DNA of 63,867 nucleotides, filler included, from Basidiobolus ranarum (GCA_040143965.1; 35 parts of 35 records of this genome joined end to end with filler, not necessarily neighbours in it), one strand, 5' to 3'; positions 25,650 to 39,452 are shown, counted from the whole stretch's first letter. Notes: generated by a model from the sequence alone, not told the origin. Numbers and translations: made by a program.

Positions 25650-27122
25650 TTCAACAACATTCTGTACCACTTGCTCAGCTATACGGTGAAAAATTCAATA
25701 TGAATGATCCATTCAAGATAGGATCAAAGTTTGAATCAATTGGGAAAATGCTTGAAAATGTCAAGATGCCATCATATTTTACCAGGACTCCCATCAATAT
25801 CCACTTATCTAGGCATTTAATCAAATGCAAAGACTAGAGGTATTGGATTTGTATATATCAAGTGGAATTTGGAAAAGATTTCTGCCTGATAAGTATTGGC
25901 AACATTGGTAGTTGTTTGTTGATATTGTTAATATATTCTTATGGCATCAACTCACATTTGCAGATCTCAGGCAGATACAGCAAATGTGCAAAGATTTTAT
26001 AATTGGATATGAAAAACTTTATTACAGGTTTCAAGAAGATAGACTGAATCTATGCCAGTATTCAATACATCCCTGCTGCATCTTTCACAGTGCTTAGAGA
26101 TTATAGGCCCTTGCTATACATTCTGGGAGTTCCCAATGGAGTACACCTATGGTGAAATGATGCTCTGTGTGAAATCATCAGTATAGCCTTATGCTAATCT
26201 GATTAACAATGTAGCAGCAAAATCAGTTATGGATTTATTGCAATGGGTTAAGGAGACTCCAGAGTATGTTAGCCTTCCAACAAAGGGCTCTTTTCAATGT
26301 GATCATGGGTTTTTGCATTGTTTGAGCACAATAACAGTAACAAAGCCCAATCCATGGACACAGAGTAAGTACCTCTATAATTTAGACTAATTTGTTTGTG
26401 TCATAATCTGATGGTATTTTTAGCAAAGCTGCATGACAGACTTCTTGGTGAGATAGATCAAGACACACAGTATTATTGTTTTAGCCTTGGGGCAATATAT
26501 TCAAGCAATGACACATCTACTTGTGGCAGGATATTTGTTAACTGCAAGTTGGGGATACATTGGCTGAATTCTTTATGGTAATTTGCCAAAATATAAGAGC
26601 TTATTCTCATTATGAGTGGTAACAAGAGTCAGCTATTTGCAAAGTGTCAGTGCCATTGAAAATTTTAGATGTTTAGTAATTTTTCATCTGTTAGTTTGCT
26701 GGTAAAACATATTGATGAGGTTGAATTATATCTAATCAGTTAAGTATGTGCATATGTAAAGACTAAACCCAACAAGATTCTAGTATTTTTTAATTCTCAT
26801 TATGGCTGTAATACAAAGCTTAAAATATCTAAATAAAGGCATACATATTGATTCAAATACCTAAAGCAGTAAACCCAGTAATTTGCCATTCAAAAATTAT
26901 ATTTTTGCAAAAATTCCCAGATATTGAATAATGCATGCCAAACTTGAGGATCAATATTTTAACATTCACAAATACTATCAAAATACTCTCAAGAAACCAC
27001 CATTACACTATCAAAATCCCTGGTAGAATGCAAGCCACCAATATTGTGACAGTTCTCTGATAGTTTTGCCATTTTGGAGGGTGGATCCAAACTGGACCAA
27101 ATTGATTTTATTTTTGTTAGGG
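25650..27122 (+). mobile_element. CACTA-type element 3' half and terminus, inserted in copia RT (27123-27378)
   Basis: YEKLYYRFQEDRLNLCQYSIH and GPCYTFWEFPME (tnp2 C-terminal motifs); ends ttttgttaggg; flank reads LAFYIDDL...FKVADLGE (copia RT). Confidence 0.83.
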
Positions 27123-30100
27123 GGAATAGCAGGATAGATGCTCTTTCAGAAACACTCAAATTCCAAAAGAGTAATGCTGACTACAGTATCTACTTCAGAC
27201 CAGATAAGACAAACCCAGTTTTATTAGCCTTTTATATAGATGACCTTACTATAGTAACCAACAACTTGAAGACTTTGGAGAAAACAAAATCCTGCTTATC
27301 TGCTAAATTCAAAGTTGCTGATCTTGGTGAACTGACAAACTATCTTGGAATCCAAATTAAGATGAAGTACGGCAAAGANNNNNNNNNNNNNNNNNNNNNN
27401 NNNNNNNNNNNNNNNNNNNNNNTTAATTAATTAANNNNNNNNNNNNNNNNNNNNNNNNNNNNNNNNNNNNNNNNNNNNAAAAGTCCCTGGAGCATGTGTG
27501 CAAAGCTTGGCGCTTCTGGCACAAGTTTGAAAAAAAAATATATATCTGGGAACTGTTGAGTAAATTACAATTGAGAACAATGGGCTATATCATAGTGAAG
27601 TATAAGATAGCAAAATACTAAGCTATATATGACTATTTAGGTGTTTAGGCAATGCTAACTTAAACAAAAATTATTTACTAGAGTTTGCTGCATGTATGAA
27701 GTTCTTGCCTGGTTCTCTCCACAACATTTAGGAAGTTGCTATAGTTCTCTCTACTTTATAAGCCAGAGTAACTCATCCATTCTGAGATATATGATTAGTT
27801 CAGAAAAGTTACATTTTCCTGAAGCAACCCCTGGTGTAAGTAAAGAATATTATCCCAAGGAAATAGAGCATCACATGTGAGAAAACAGCCAACAATACAA
27901 AAAAATGGTGATTTCAAAGCTGCTTCACTAACAGTACTGCATACAGATGTTAGTAATATCACAAAGAGCAAGGGAATCAGCTGCATATTGTGAGAAACTG
28001 CTATATGGACACATCATATGAAAATTGATGATAAACAAAGCGAGTCAGTTTTGTGTTGGAGTGTCTATGTTGTGATGATGTGATGTTGTGATAAAATTAC
28101 TCCATCAATGAGCCAACATTTTAGAATGGAAACGTTGCTTGCAAATAGTTACACTCATAGTGAACTGATAGTTCTGAAATCCAAATCACAAATGAAGTAA
28201 ATACGATTCAACACTCTGGTATCACCTAGTTCCATCTGTAGTTACTATACTATTCTTAATACGCACTTGAATATTCTACATTGTCAATAGAGAATGAACC
28301 TGTACGGATCAAAAGCCTGAAATGCTATAAAAAGCATCCACATTCTTGTCAGTGTGCCAAGATTATGCCAATTCCGACGCTTTCTACTTGTGGCACTAAG
28401 TCCTCATCTTATGTAACAGTTAGTTTCAATAGAGTTGTTGTCAACGGCTATTCTCTCAAATCTATGGACACTAATTGATTTTGGGATAGACAATACATAT
28501 AAAGAACTGATCTACCAATGAACACAATATTGACAAAAAGCGATGTGCTCTGCTCGAAATTTCTGATTCTGCAATATTATCATTGATACTGCAATGGCAC
28601 ACTTGTGCCAACACTGCGTAGTACCAAGGATTTAGTTCGCCTATTGGCGTGTAACCAACCATTTCACAAAGCTTGACGTATATCCCCTCGCCATAATGAT
28701 GTTGAGTTAATAGTAAGAGGCGGCGACAAGCATAGTAGAGTATCTGACTGAATGAATTATCAATAAACATGCATCCCTTTATGATCCGTGTTTTACCCAT
28801 ATGACGATAGAGGTGGAATACGCATATAGAAGCCGGCACTGGGTTTTATCCGAGCTACTGTTACAGACTATCCAGTTAATACATTGGAGATTAGGATAGC
28901 AGGTAACTTGATTTATAATAGACCAAATCTGCTAGAAATCCAACCAAGGCTTTATAGTAACATATGGCACACCGCAACACTAAATCTTTGGAAATAAAAA
29001 GTAATAACTTGGAGATATAAACCGCTAGTCGGTAACACATTAGTAATGAAATATGTGAGTTTGTAACGTCAAGGGCCAAAACCTTTAATGGAAGCTTACA
29101 AGAAAAGAGACAAGAAGGCCTTTAATGTCATTTGCCAAAGTTTGAAAGATTCACAACTTGTGAATATTCAATATGCAAAGACTTCCCATCAGGCTTGGAC
29201 TATATTGNNNNNNNNNNNNNNNNNNNNNNNNNNNNNNNNNNNNNNNNNNNNTTAATTAATTAANNNNNNNNNNNNNNNNNNNNNNNNNNNNNNNNNNNNN
29301 NNNNNNNCATTAGTAAAGGCGTTAAGGAGTACTTTGAGACTGAAATTAGACCTCGTAGTAACTTGTGAGGGGCGTTGATTTATAACCATTCGATGGTCTT
29401 GTTGCATCGAACTAGGATATCACGATGTAAAATGCGAACTCTAGATGATAACCATGTATTCAGCACTACCGACCACCATAGCCCTAAAAACTATTTCCTG
29501 AAATAAACTAATTAATCAACATGTGTAATATTCATGCACATGTAAATAACTTCTAAAAGTTACCTGTTAGTTACAGTTACATTTCATCCAAATCAGGAAA
29601 TTAATATTATTAATAGGTTTAAAGGCATCGTTCTACTTATTAGGTTAGTGGCCTCATTCAAGAATCGCGATTCATCGTTCAATTACCCATCTTCTGGATA
29701 CATCTGAAACATTGATGGATCTAGCCTAAAAGATAATGTAAGTGTATTATAAGTTGTAGTATACGCGTAATTGATGTACCAGTGTTAAACCATGGGTAAT
29801 ACTCATCGATATCTTGTATGTATCTTTCAATCAAAGATCATTCCATAATGAAATTCGGTTCAAGATTATGAAAATTGGTGCAATGTTAGTACTTCCAATA
29901 CTTCATTCGAGTAAAGACAAGTTTTCTTCATTTCATACAAGGACAAGATCACATTTGCAAAACATACAGGAGATGGGGTGCCCTAAGATGCAAAGGGGAC
30001 TCTAGTTATTTTTCAAATCAAGTAATGGTTCTCCCATTAACATTACCATTACCTCTTGCTATAGCTTATATATATGATATGGAGCCTGGATTATGATAAC

Positions 30101-31136
30101 TTAACTAGAGTTACTTTTAACTAGTATAGCTGATCTTCATTCCAATCGTTTTAGTACCTACACTTTTACTATAATATGTACATATAAATGTACCTGTTCA
30201 TATCATTAACAGAGTCATCACCATCTTCTGAGGAGGAGACATGTTTATACAAGTTCTTACACGAGATCTAATTAAGGCTCAGGCCAAGTTCTACCGAACC
30301 TTATATTATTTATCCACTTTGTACCTGAGTATCGTTAATAACACACTAATTCACAAGTCAGCAATTTCCAAAATACCGTGAATGTATTTGCTACATCGGT
30401 ACTAAATTGAATTTATGTGTGGTGGTGATGACGGTAATGGTTTATGCAAAAAACTCATTATATGTGTTTTAGTCCATGAATTAGTTGTTTGTAAGTATGA
30501 TATTGTTGAAGTATTTTGGGAGTTTGTTGGAAGTGGTTTGGAAAACTAGAAGAATTGATGGTTTTAACTTATTGATTTATTGAGTAGAAAGTTAACATTT
30601 ATAGTTTTGTCAAGATGTAAACAAGGAAAAGTGTAGAATGTGTTAAGGAAGGTCACAGGGATATGTGTGCAAAGCTTGGGGCTTCTAGCATAAGTTTGAA
30701 AAACCTGTATATCTGAGAACATCTAAGCTGGTAAAAATATTCTAAATAAATTCCAATGGTGAATAGTAGGTATACATTCAACTCATTACTTCGAATATTT
30801 GTATCAACTTAGAGGTTATATATATATAGATTATCACAATAGTATGCATGGAAGTGTTAAAGTATTTGGGAGCCTGTTGGAAGTGGTTTGGAGAATTAGA
30901 GAAATTGGAGGTTTTCACTTATCGATTTATTGAGTATTCAGTTGACATTTATAGTTTTGTCAAGATGTAAACAAACTAACGTGTAGAATGTGTTAAGGAA
31001 GGTCCCAGGAACATGTGTGCAAAGTTTGGGGCTTCTNNNNNNNNNNNNNNNNNNNNNNNNNNNNNNNNNNNNNNNNNNNNTTAATTAATTAANNNNNNNN
31101 NNNNNNNNNNNNNNNNNNNNNNNNNNNNNNNNNNNN

Positions 31137-32730
31137 TTCTTGGGTCAACAAATCCATCCAGTTGCTCCATATATATCTCTTCTTTGGGATTTCCATTCAG
31201 GTATGCTGTTTTTACATCCATTTGATCCAAGTCAAGGTTATGGACAGCTGAGAGAGCCATGGTTTTTCTAATAGAGCTAAACTTAGCTACTGGAGCAAAA
31301 GCTTCATTAAAAGCAGTTCCTGGTGCTTCACAATAACCTTTTGCAACTAATGTTGCTTTGTACCTGCATATGATTCCATCAGCTTGGTTTTTAACTTTGT
31401 AGACCCATTTGCAACCAATTGGCATTCTCCCTGATGATGGAGGACTTAAAACCCACATTTTATTGGCCTGAAATGATGTAAACTCATCAGATATTAATTT
31501 TCCTATAATTTTGATTCTGGACACTCCAGAGTTTGATCTAGAGTCTGTGGCTTGTCACTGAATGCTGCATAAGCATAAACATCTTCATTGGGAGTGTTCC
31601 ACCAGTTTCCAAGCCTATTTCTCCTTTTGGATGATTTTCTGACTCCATAATCATCCTTTGATGTAATTAGGCCTGGAAAATCCATTCAATAGGGCTCAGT
31701 TCCAGCCAGAATGTTGTCAGACACATCCTGAATAGTGCAGATTTTGTTTTCTGGGTCAAGCATGGTGATTAGAGGGGGAAAAGTTTCTTTTTATCAAATA
31801 TTACGTTTCTTCAATCAATTCACTTCTGATCACTGGTATCAAACAGTCTCTAGGCCTTAGATCCATGACTATAACCAAGAAATATGCATTTTCTGCTTTA
31901 GGGTTACCATTGGGAGCATTGTGCTGTTCAACCAAGGATCCTGAAACAATCCACACTTGGTTTCAATTCATATAGGGCTTCAGATGGAGTAAAATTTTCT
32001 AGCAATCTGATTGGGCATTAGATTTTGAAATAGACTGCTGTGGGGAGAGATTCACCCCAATATTGTTACTCTATCATTTGATTGTGTAATATTGATCTTG
32101 CCATCTGCCCTACAGTCCTACTAGCACATTCTGCAACTGCATTTTGCTGTGAAGAATAAGGTATAGTACTGTGTTGCTTAATTCCATGTTTAGAACAAAA
32201 ACTAGCAAAGTCATAATTTTTCATGGGACCACAGTTGTCAAAGTGAATCAGGGCAGAATTATGAGTGTATTAGAACTCTCCATAGCTTGCAAATGGCTCT
32301 CTATGATGTTTTACATATATGTAACCTTCACACAGATCCATTTTGTGATATTTACAATTTCCAAGCCTGAAACAAGCTCATTTTGGATTTTTTGGGTCAG
32401 TTTTTGCTTGCCAATATGGCCTAATCTTCTATGCCATGTTTGACAGCTTATTGCACCAGTTTTGGCCAAGGTTGCATACTCACAACAAAATATGTTGATT
32501 TCTGGCTTATATCAGCTATGAGCTCGGATTGCAACTGCTAATTTGATATATTCTGAACTGTGATAGTGCATCCAGCCTCACTGAATGCAAATTTTAGTCT
32601 TTGAGTTGTTGCTTGGCTTACAGAGAGTAGATTCTTGGCTATATTAGGTACAGAGTTCATCATCAAAATTTACAGTAGGTGTAGGTAAATTTTAGTATGA
32701 ATTGAGCACAATTGTGCCCTTACCTACTGC
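31137..32730 (-). mobile_element. Ty1/copia pol (integrase to RT), decayed
   Basis: PIGCKWVYKVK...FAPVAKFSSIR...QMDVKTAYLNG. Confidence 0.9.
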
Positions 32731-32964
32731 ATTATTCATATTCAGATTATTTAGCACTCAATTCTGTTATTGAAAAACGTGTGTTTATTGCTCTAATTGA
32801 TAGAAATATCAATTAGATCACTCTTACCAATTTTCACTATTTTCTCAAAACTTCTCCAAATCACNNNNNNNNNNNNNNNNNNNNNNNNNNNNNNNNNNNN
32901 NNNNNNNNTTAATTAATTAANNNNNNNNNNNNNNNNNNNNNNNNNNNNNNNNNNNNNNNNNNNN

Positions 32965-33830
32965 ATCCTCATTCAAAAGCCTAGCACCAACATATTCCAA
33001 TGTTAATGGCTCTGATCTTGATTCTAGGGCAATCATGAGGTTCCCAAACTTGTCTGGTAGGCTTCCTAGTAATGTCATAACTAAGACATCTTCATTTACA
33101 GGTGCTCCAATGGATGAGAGCTGATCTGCCATAGGTTTTATCCAATATATACAATTAAGCATGTAATCATCAGAATTTGTCTAAATTGAGAATAATTTTT
33201 GCCTAAGATATAGCCTATTAGCCAGACCTCTAGTCTCATATAGTCCCTCAAGTGTTTCTGAAGCATTTTGGCAATTTTTGGCTAATATTATGTGCCCTTA
33301 TTCAGAGTCTCCAAGATGTAGACAAAGTGTAGAGCATACTTTCCTCTGTTTCTTGAGAATGGCAAGGACAGCTTCAGGTGGTCCCTTTGGCTCTTATTCT
33401 TCACCTGAAACAAATCCCCAAAGGTCCTTGCCTTCTAGCACCATTTTGCATCATGAACTTCCAAAGGTGTAAAGGTTTTCACCATCAAACCTCTCTGTGA
33501 AGGGAGAAACATTGGTAATAGTACTGGTCCACACTCCTTTAACAGCTAGCTTTGGTTTCATAACCTGATAAAAGTGTTTAGGGGATTTGGAAGTGTGTTG
33601 GTCAAGATCTAGGTTTGTGAAATAGACACTTGAGTTTTACTACAATGAATATATCCAATTTATAGTTTACTATGAAATAAGACTACTGGATGTGCTTAGA
33701 TTGTAACAAACATGCCTGTCGAGCATGGGTGAAAATTTGAGGTGATTTGGGGAAGTTTTGATAAAATACTGCAAAAAGGTAAAAGTGATCTAATTGATAT
33801 TTCTATCAATTAGAGCAATGAACACACAAA
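32965..33830 (-). mobile_element. Decayed copia family-C gag, PBS and LTR
   Basis: Colinear with 23080-23719 but with frameshifts and CpG-to-TpG/CpA changes. Confidence 0.88.
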
Positions 33831-33839
33831 GGATGATGT

Positions 33840-34691
33840 TAGACTGACTATTTGGTTAATTGATATCAAAGATCATTTTGAAATCTGTCCAGGCTCTTGA
33901 CAGTAAAAGCATGGAGCTTAGTGTTGTATTTGGATAGTAGTAATGCGTATGCCTGATAGAGTAAACTCCATTGATTTCTCAAAATCTACAGCAAGATAGT
34001 ACATTGTGCCAACAAAAACCTCCAGGTTTACTGGTGGCAGGAGTGTCACCAATACATTCAATGATATTAGCTTCAATAAAATATTCACCCATCTGAACTC
34101 CATTAGATAACGGTTCAAATTCTGCAATCAAAGGCTCCAAGAAGCTATCTATAAGTGCTGGTGATTTAGGTCCAGATATGATGGATAGTATCAAAATATT
34201 ATGACTCTTATACTGTTCAGAAGGAGGAAGATTTAAGGTGATTATATTATTGGCCAGCGAGCCTTTCCAACGGTATATTTGCTTAGTGAGAAATCATGCA
34301 GAGCCAACGCAAATGCATGATCATACGTGTTCTCAAAGAAACCTTGACTTTTCAGATTCTGGTAGTGATATCCATCAAGTATATTGGTAATACCATCAGC
34401 TTTATGGTGAGTACTTTGGTATTGGATCAATGATCTATATTTGGGTGATTTCATCAAAACTTTAAGATAGGGAATCAATGGTATGTAAGCCAAATATGAA
34501 CAATATTTACCTGATTCAGTGATTGTCAATTGTGTGCAAACAGTACATGACTTCAGGTTTTTCAGATCACTGGTGAAAGCCAAACAACCATTTGGACATG
34601 AAGGCAGTTTAATTACTGAAGGATTATAAGTCATACAATTGACAAGTGTTTTCCACTTGTACCAGGTCTGTGGCAAGCAACAGTTGCCAAT
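33840..34691 (-). mobile_element. CACTA-type transposase pseudogene
   Basis: YIPLIPYLK, SIISGPKSPALIDSFLEPLI and IGDTPA motifs. Confidence 0.85.
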
Positions 34692-34809
34692 NNNNNNNNN
34701 NNNNNNNNNNNNNNNNNNNNNNNNNNNNNNNNNNNTTAATTAATTAANNNNNNNNNNNNNNNNNNNNNNNNNNNNNNNNNNNNNNNNNNNNGATTTCAGT
34801 GTCATTAAG

Positions 34810-35476
34810 GGTTTTTGATGTCAGTAAGCAGACTACCGGCGCTGCATTGGTTCATATGCTGAACTTATTCATTTCTTATATTTCTGGTTCGCAATCTGAT
34901 TCTCGAGAAGATAATCCTTGTGTTTGGTAAGTTTGTGTCTTCCTTTCGGTCTGAGCAGTAATCTGATAGCCACTTCAAATAAGGTACCTGCTAAATCTTC
35001 TCTTGGACACGACGGTCGGTGTACTGGTGCTATATGTCGTTTTGAAAGCATTCCATCATCTTCTCAGTTATTTCGACGTAAAAGAAATGGAGTCTGGTAA
35101 CTATGGTAGCCCACCACAATATCGCATATGGTTTAAGCAGTCACTGGTGTTCTTACTGGCTCTCAGCGTAACTAAATTAATCATCTACATTGGGATAAAT
35201 CTATTTCCAATTCTAGTCATTCTGGGGCAGTGGATATTAGATCCGTTCGTTCAAGTTGGAGATCCACGTCTGCAAGTGCTAGTAGTGATGCTAATCGCAC
35301 CCCTTATCATGAACATTGTGCAGTTTTGGCTAGTAGACAACCTGATTCGACATAGAATCATGTTTTCATCGAGCGAAGCTAGTGACGTTGAAAGCCAAGA
35401 GGAGGGATTACTTTCTTCTAATGCCTCAATACAAAAATACCATGCCACATCTAAACGTTCAAATATCGATATGTAG
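34810..35476 (+). CDS. STIMATE/TMEM110 (YPL162C-like vacuolar membrane protein) family; 5' partial, intron 34927-34983
   Basis: Spliced translation VFDVSKQ..GAALVHMLN...NPCVW|YLLNLLLDTTVGV...SGNYGSPP...WFKQ...VMLIAPLIMNIVQFWLVD; GT-AG intron. Confidence 0.85.
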
Positions 35477-36089
35477 GCTGCATAGCTTAAGAGACCTCTA
35501 TCTCCAAGACCCCCTTTATATTATTTTATCATTCACATCTAGAGATTTCAATAGGGTTGGGCAGCAAAGGCATCTTTCACATGTATTTTCCCACCCTATT
35601 ACGCATAGTAACAATACTAATTCAGAGGTGAAGCGAAGTCATGTAACATAAAATACTACCATTCATGTCGAGCAAGTCTAAACATGACATGCAGACAATG
35701 GCCTGTTCAACCGACTTTACATGTCTTGCTGATATGGGAAGGCAGTCCGTAATTAACTGATTAAATATTAATAAAATAATATCATTCTACATGATTTACA
35801 GAACATGATAGCTCAAATGTAATTTACAGTGACTAAATAATGCTCCAGTAACTATGGGATTAGATTTACTAGCGCTACAATTGAAATAACCATATTGTAT
35901 GTACATCGCATTCATTAGCAATGAAGAGAAAATCACGCATAATTGAGGTGTGTTTATTTAGAGAAGGATTTTACAAATCAATGGTAGAAGCATATACAAC
36001 AGCTTCAGTGTTTCAATAACTTACTAGTTGAAATCAACATGTCAGTTTTGGTGTCTGATCATGTTGCAATGGTATAAAACAGAAACCTC

Positions 36090-36517
36090 TTATTGAAGAG
36101 AGTCAATGATCCTCTCAATTTCCTGGTATTTTGTTAGCTTTTGAGACCAACGTTCTGGCACCTTGGCGTTCTGTTGTGAACCAAGTACAGACGCAATAAC
36201 CAGGTTACGTGCAGCTTGATCACCACCTACAGCAACATCTTTGATCAATCCATCCTCGATATCATTCTCATATTTGATGATGAAATGGATAGAAGCTGGC
36301 AATGCACCAGCAATTGGACATGCTTTTCCTGTGAAGATTGTGTTATTACCAAAAGTTTTCTTCTCTCCATAACTGCGTATGGCAGTTTCATCATCTTCCT
36401 GAGAAGAATCTATTCCTTTTTGAATCAGGGCGACCAATTCTGGTTGACTGTTACCAAGCTCTTCTTTTACAGATTCAATCACCTTTGATGGAGAACCTTG
36501 TTGAGTTTGAACCCTCC
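36090..36517 (-). CDS. ADP-ribosylglycohydrolase-family protein, C-terminal part
   Basis: ACPIAGALPASIHFIIKYE...VAVGGDQAARNLVIASVLGS....VPERW, matching the ARH/DraG C-terminal GGD motif region. Confidence 0.75.
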
Positions 36518-36617
36518 NNNNNNNNNNNNNNNNNNNNNNNNNNNNNNNNNNNNNNNNNNNNTTAATTAATTAANNNNNNNNNNNNNNNNNNNNNNNNNNN
36601 NNNNNNNNNNNNNNNNN

Positions 36618-37866
36618 ACTCATTATTTAGTAGTTAGTTTATTCATATTCTGATTATTTAGCACTCAATTCTGTTATTCAAAAACGTGTGTTTATTGCTC
36701 TAATTGATAGAAATATCAATTAGATCACTTTTACCAATTTTCACTATTTTCTCAAAACTTCTCCAAATCACCTCAAATTTTCACCTATGCTTGACAGGCA
36801 TGTTTGTTATGATCTAAGCACGTCCAATAGTCCTATTTCATAGTAAACTATAAATAGGACATATTCAATTCAATAAAACTTAAGTGTCTAACTCACAAAT
36901 CCAAATCTTGTCCAAAACAATTCCAAATCCCCTAAACACTTTTATCAAACTCAGGCATCTGTTTCTGATATAGACTGCAGTGGAGACAGATTCAGCCCAA
37001 TATTGGTAATCTAACTTTTGTTCATGTAACATTGATCTTACCATCTCCATAAGGGTTCTATCAGCATGTTCTGAAACTCTATTTTGCTGTGGAGTCTAAG
37101 GTACAGTAGTTTGTAGCTCAATTTCATATTGTAACAAAAACTAGTAAAGTCTTTAGAGCATTATTCTCCACCATTATCACTTCTAAGTACCCTTATTTTT
37201 GTGCTGATTCTTTCTCTACCAATGCCTCATAGTGCCTGAATGTAGCTAAGGCTTCAGATTTTGACTTGAGAAAAAACACCCAAGTATATCTTGCTTTGTC
37301 ATCAATAAAGGCCATAAGGTACCTTTTACCATCTAGTGATACTTTTCATGGGCCCACATACATCAGAATGAATCATTGCAAAATTCTGAGTGGATATGGT
37401 CACTCTGGAGCTTGAAAATGGCTGTATCTGATGTTTTCCATATCAGCAACCTTCACACAGATCCAATTTAGTGATATTTTCAATTTCAAAGCACAAAACA
37501 AGCTGATTTTGGATCATTTGGGCCAGGTTTTGTTCCACATTATGGACTAATCTGCTATGCAATGCTTGACAGCTTATATCACTGGTCTTGGCAATGTTTG
37601 CATGCTCAGAATGCAATTTGTTGATTTCTAGCTTGTATAAGTTTGGAGTTTTGAGCCCAGTAGCTAGTTTGGAATTATTCTGATCAGTGATAGTGCATCC
37701 AGCTTTGCTGGAAACAAAACTTAGTCTTTGAGTTGTTGCTTGGCTTACTCAAAGTAGATTTTTGGCTAATTTAGATACTGAGAGTGAGTCATCCAATTTT
37801 GCAGATGGTGTAGCTGCATTTTGGTCTAAATTGAGCACAACTGTGCCATTACCAACTGCATCTAGT
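36618..37866. mobile_element. Copia family-C LTR (36618-36947, +) and decayed family-C pol (-)
   Basis: LTR ends ...cacttttatca; pol is colinear with 21990-22700. Confidence 0.85.
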
Positions 37867-38343
37867 CCCTAACAAAAATAAAATAAGTTTGATCTGGATT
37901 GGATCCACCCTCCAAAATAGGCAAACCATCAGAGAACCATCACAATATTGCTGGCTTGCTTTCTGCAAGGGATTTTGATGGTATGATGGTGGTTTCTTGA
38001 TGGTATTTTGATGGTATTCATACATATAAAAACATTTCTCCTTAAATTTGGCATGTGGTGTTCAATATCTGGCGATTTTTGAAAAAATGTAATTTTCAAA
38101 TAGCAAATTACTGGGTTTACTACTGTAGGAATTTGCTTTAATATGCATGCCTTTATTTAGATATTGTAGCCTTTGTATTCCAGCCATTATGAGAATCAAA
38201 AAATACAAGAATCTTGTTGTGTTTAGTCTCTGCATATGCACATATTTGACTGATTAGACATAACTCAACAACATCAATATGCTTTACCAGCAAACTAATA
38301 GTGGAAAAATTGCTAAACATCTGAAATTTTGAATAGCACTGAC
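37867..38343 (-). mobile_element. CACTA-type terminus inserted in copia
   Basis: Begins CCCTAACAAAAAT. Confidence 0.82.
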
Positions 38344-38443
38344 NNNNNNNNNNNNNNNNNNNNNNNNNNNNNNNNNNNNNNNNNNNNTTAATTAATTAAN
38401 NNNNNNNNNNNNNNNNNNNNNNNNNNNNNNNNNNNNNNNNNNN

Positions 38444-39452
38444 ACACACCTACACCATCTGTGTACATCATGCCTCTAAACTTCATTGCCTTGCTTTTTC
38501 CTTTTCATTGTCTTTGGTGTGAGGTCAATAACGGTTCTCCATACTGCTTCTTTATCCAAGTGGCTGATGACAGAATTCTCCAAGATTTGAGTATTTAAAA
38601 TGTATGTATCCATTGTCATGTAGGATAGTATGAAGCCTCTCCTTAACGGAAAGCAGTTGAATGGCTTGTTTTGGAGAGCTTCACACATGCTTGACAGTCT
38701 GACATACGCCTTTATATACTTGAGAGGGTTGCTTTTGCAGTCATAATAGATTGACTCTTTTGCAAATCGATAATCTGTCATATATGAGCCAAAAAGACTA
38801 TGGATCATATCCAAATCGTTTGAGGAGAGAAACTCTTTAAGTATATCTTCAATATTTCTTGACGAAATAGCCAGCTTGACCTTCTTTATATGCTCTGTTA
38901 TTGTCTTTATGGCTGCCCTAACCTCTTTCTTGCTTCCCCCATTCTTCTTCATTTCGCTTTCCAGCGCCCTGATTCTTTCGTTCTTCTTCAAGAGCAAGTC
39001 AAGAAACATTCTAACTCTGTTTTCGAATTGAAGGTTGACCCCGTTCCGATAAGCAGTGACAATTTTTGCCACTTTATAAGAGGCTATCTGATGAGCATAC
39101 TTCAAGTTGACTGGTTCGTAAGAACAGCACTGAAAGTACTTATCCCGATACTCGAGTATTAAATCTTTGTAGGCTCTTGATTCTGTCAAAGATTTCTATT
39201 TGTCTGGTTTGTAGTTATTGAGGAGTGACAAAAAAACTTCTCTAAAAAAGCCAACATTAATGAAATCCTCCAAAAGAAACGTAGAATTATGTTCCAGTTC
39301 ATGAGTAATGATGTACTTCAAAAGGAAAACGTATGTGACACAAGGGTATGAACATTAGCTACAAGTGACATGAGTTGTGGAACATATTGTGGCTTCCACC
39401 CAATACTAGCGATTGAGCTTGTGACTGCTATAGACTTTAGAGGTGGTTCCAT
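38444..39452 (-). pseudogene. Fanzor1-like (eukaryotic TnpB-related RNA-guided endonuclease family) gene, N-terminal half; disrupted and cut off before RuvC
   Basis: Reconstructed MEPPLKSIAVTSSIASIGWKPQYVPQLMSLVANVHTLVSHTFSF/LKYII...FFREVFLSLL...*...IASYKVAKIVTAYRN...SIYYDCKSNPLKYIKAY...FNCFPLRRGFILSYMTMDT...VW/KFRGMMYTDGVGV. The F.CFPLR..F...Y..iDT and F.G...TDGVGV motifs are characteristic of Fanzor1 as I recall them. Confidence 0.85.

Noticed and set aside
28281-29079. ORFs of 62-122 aa and a faint RING-like phrase (DLVRLLACNQPFHKA)
   Set aside because: No complete motif and stops in frame; not enough to call
38444-38500. Fanzor RuvC domain and omegaRNA
   Set aside because: They would lie beyond the contig end and are not visible. 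The neighbouring contig with a CACTA end is unrelated, so no Fanzor-CACTA linkage can be claimed.
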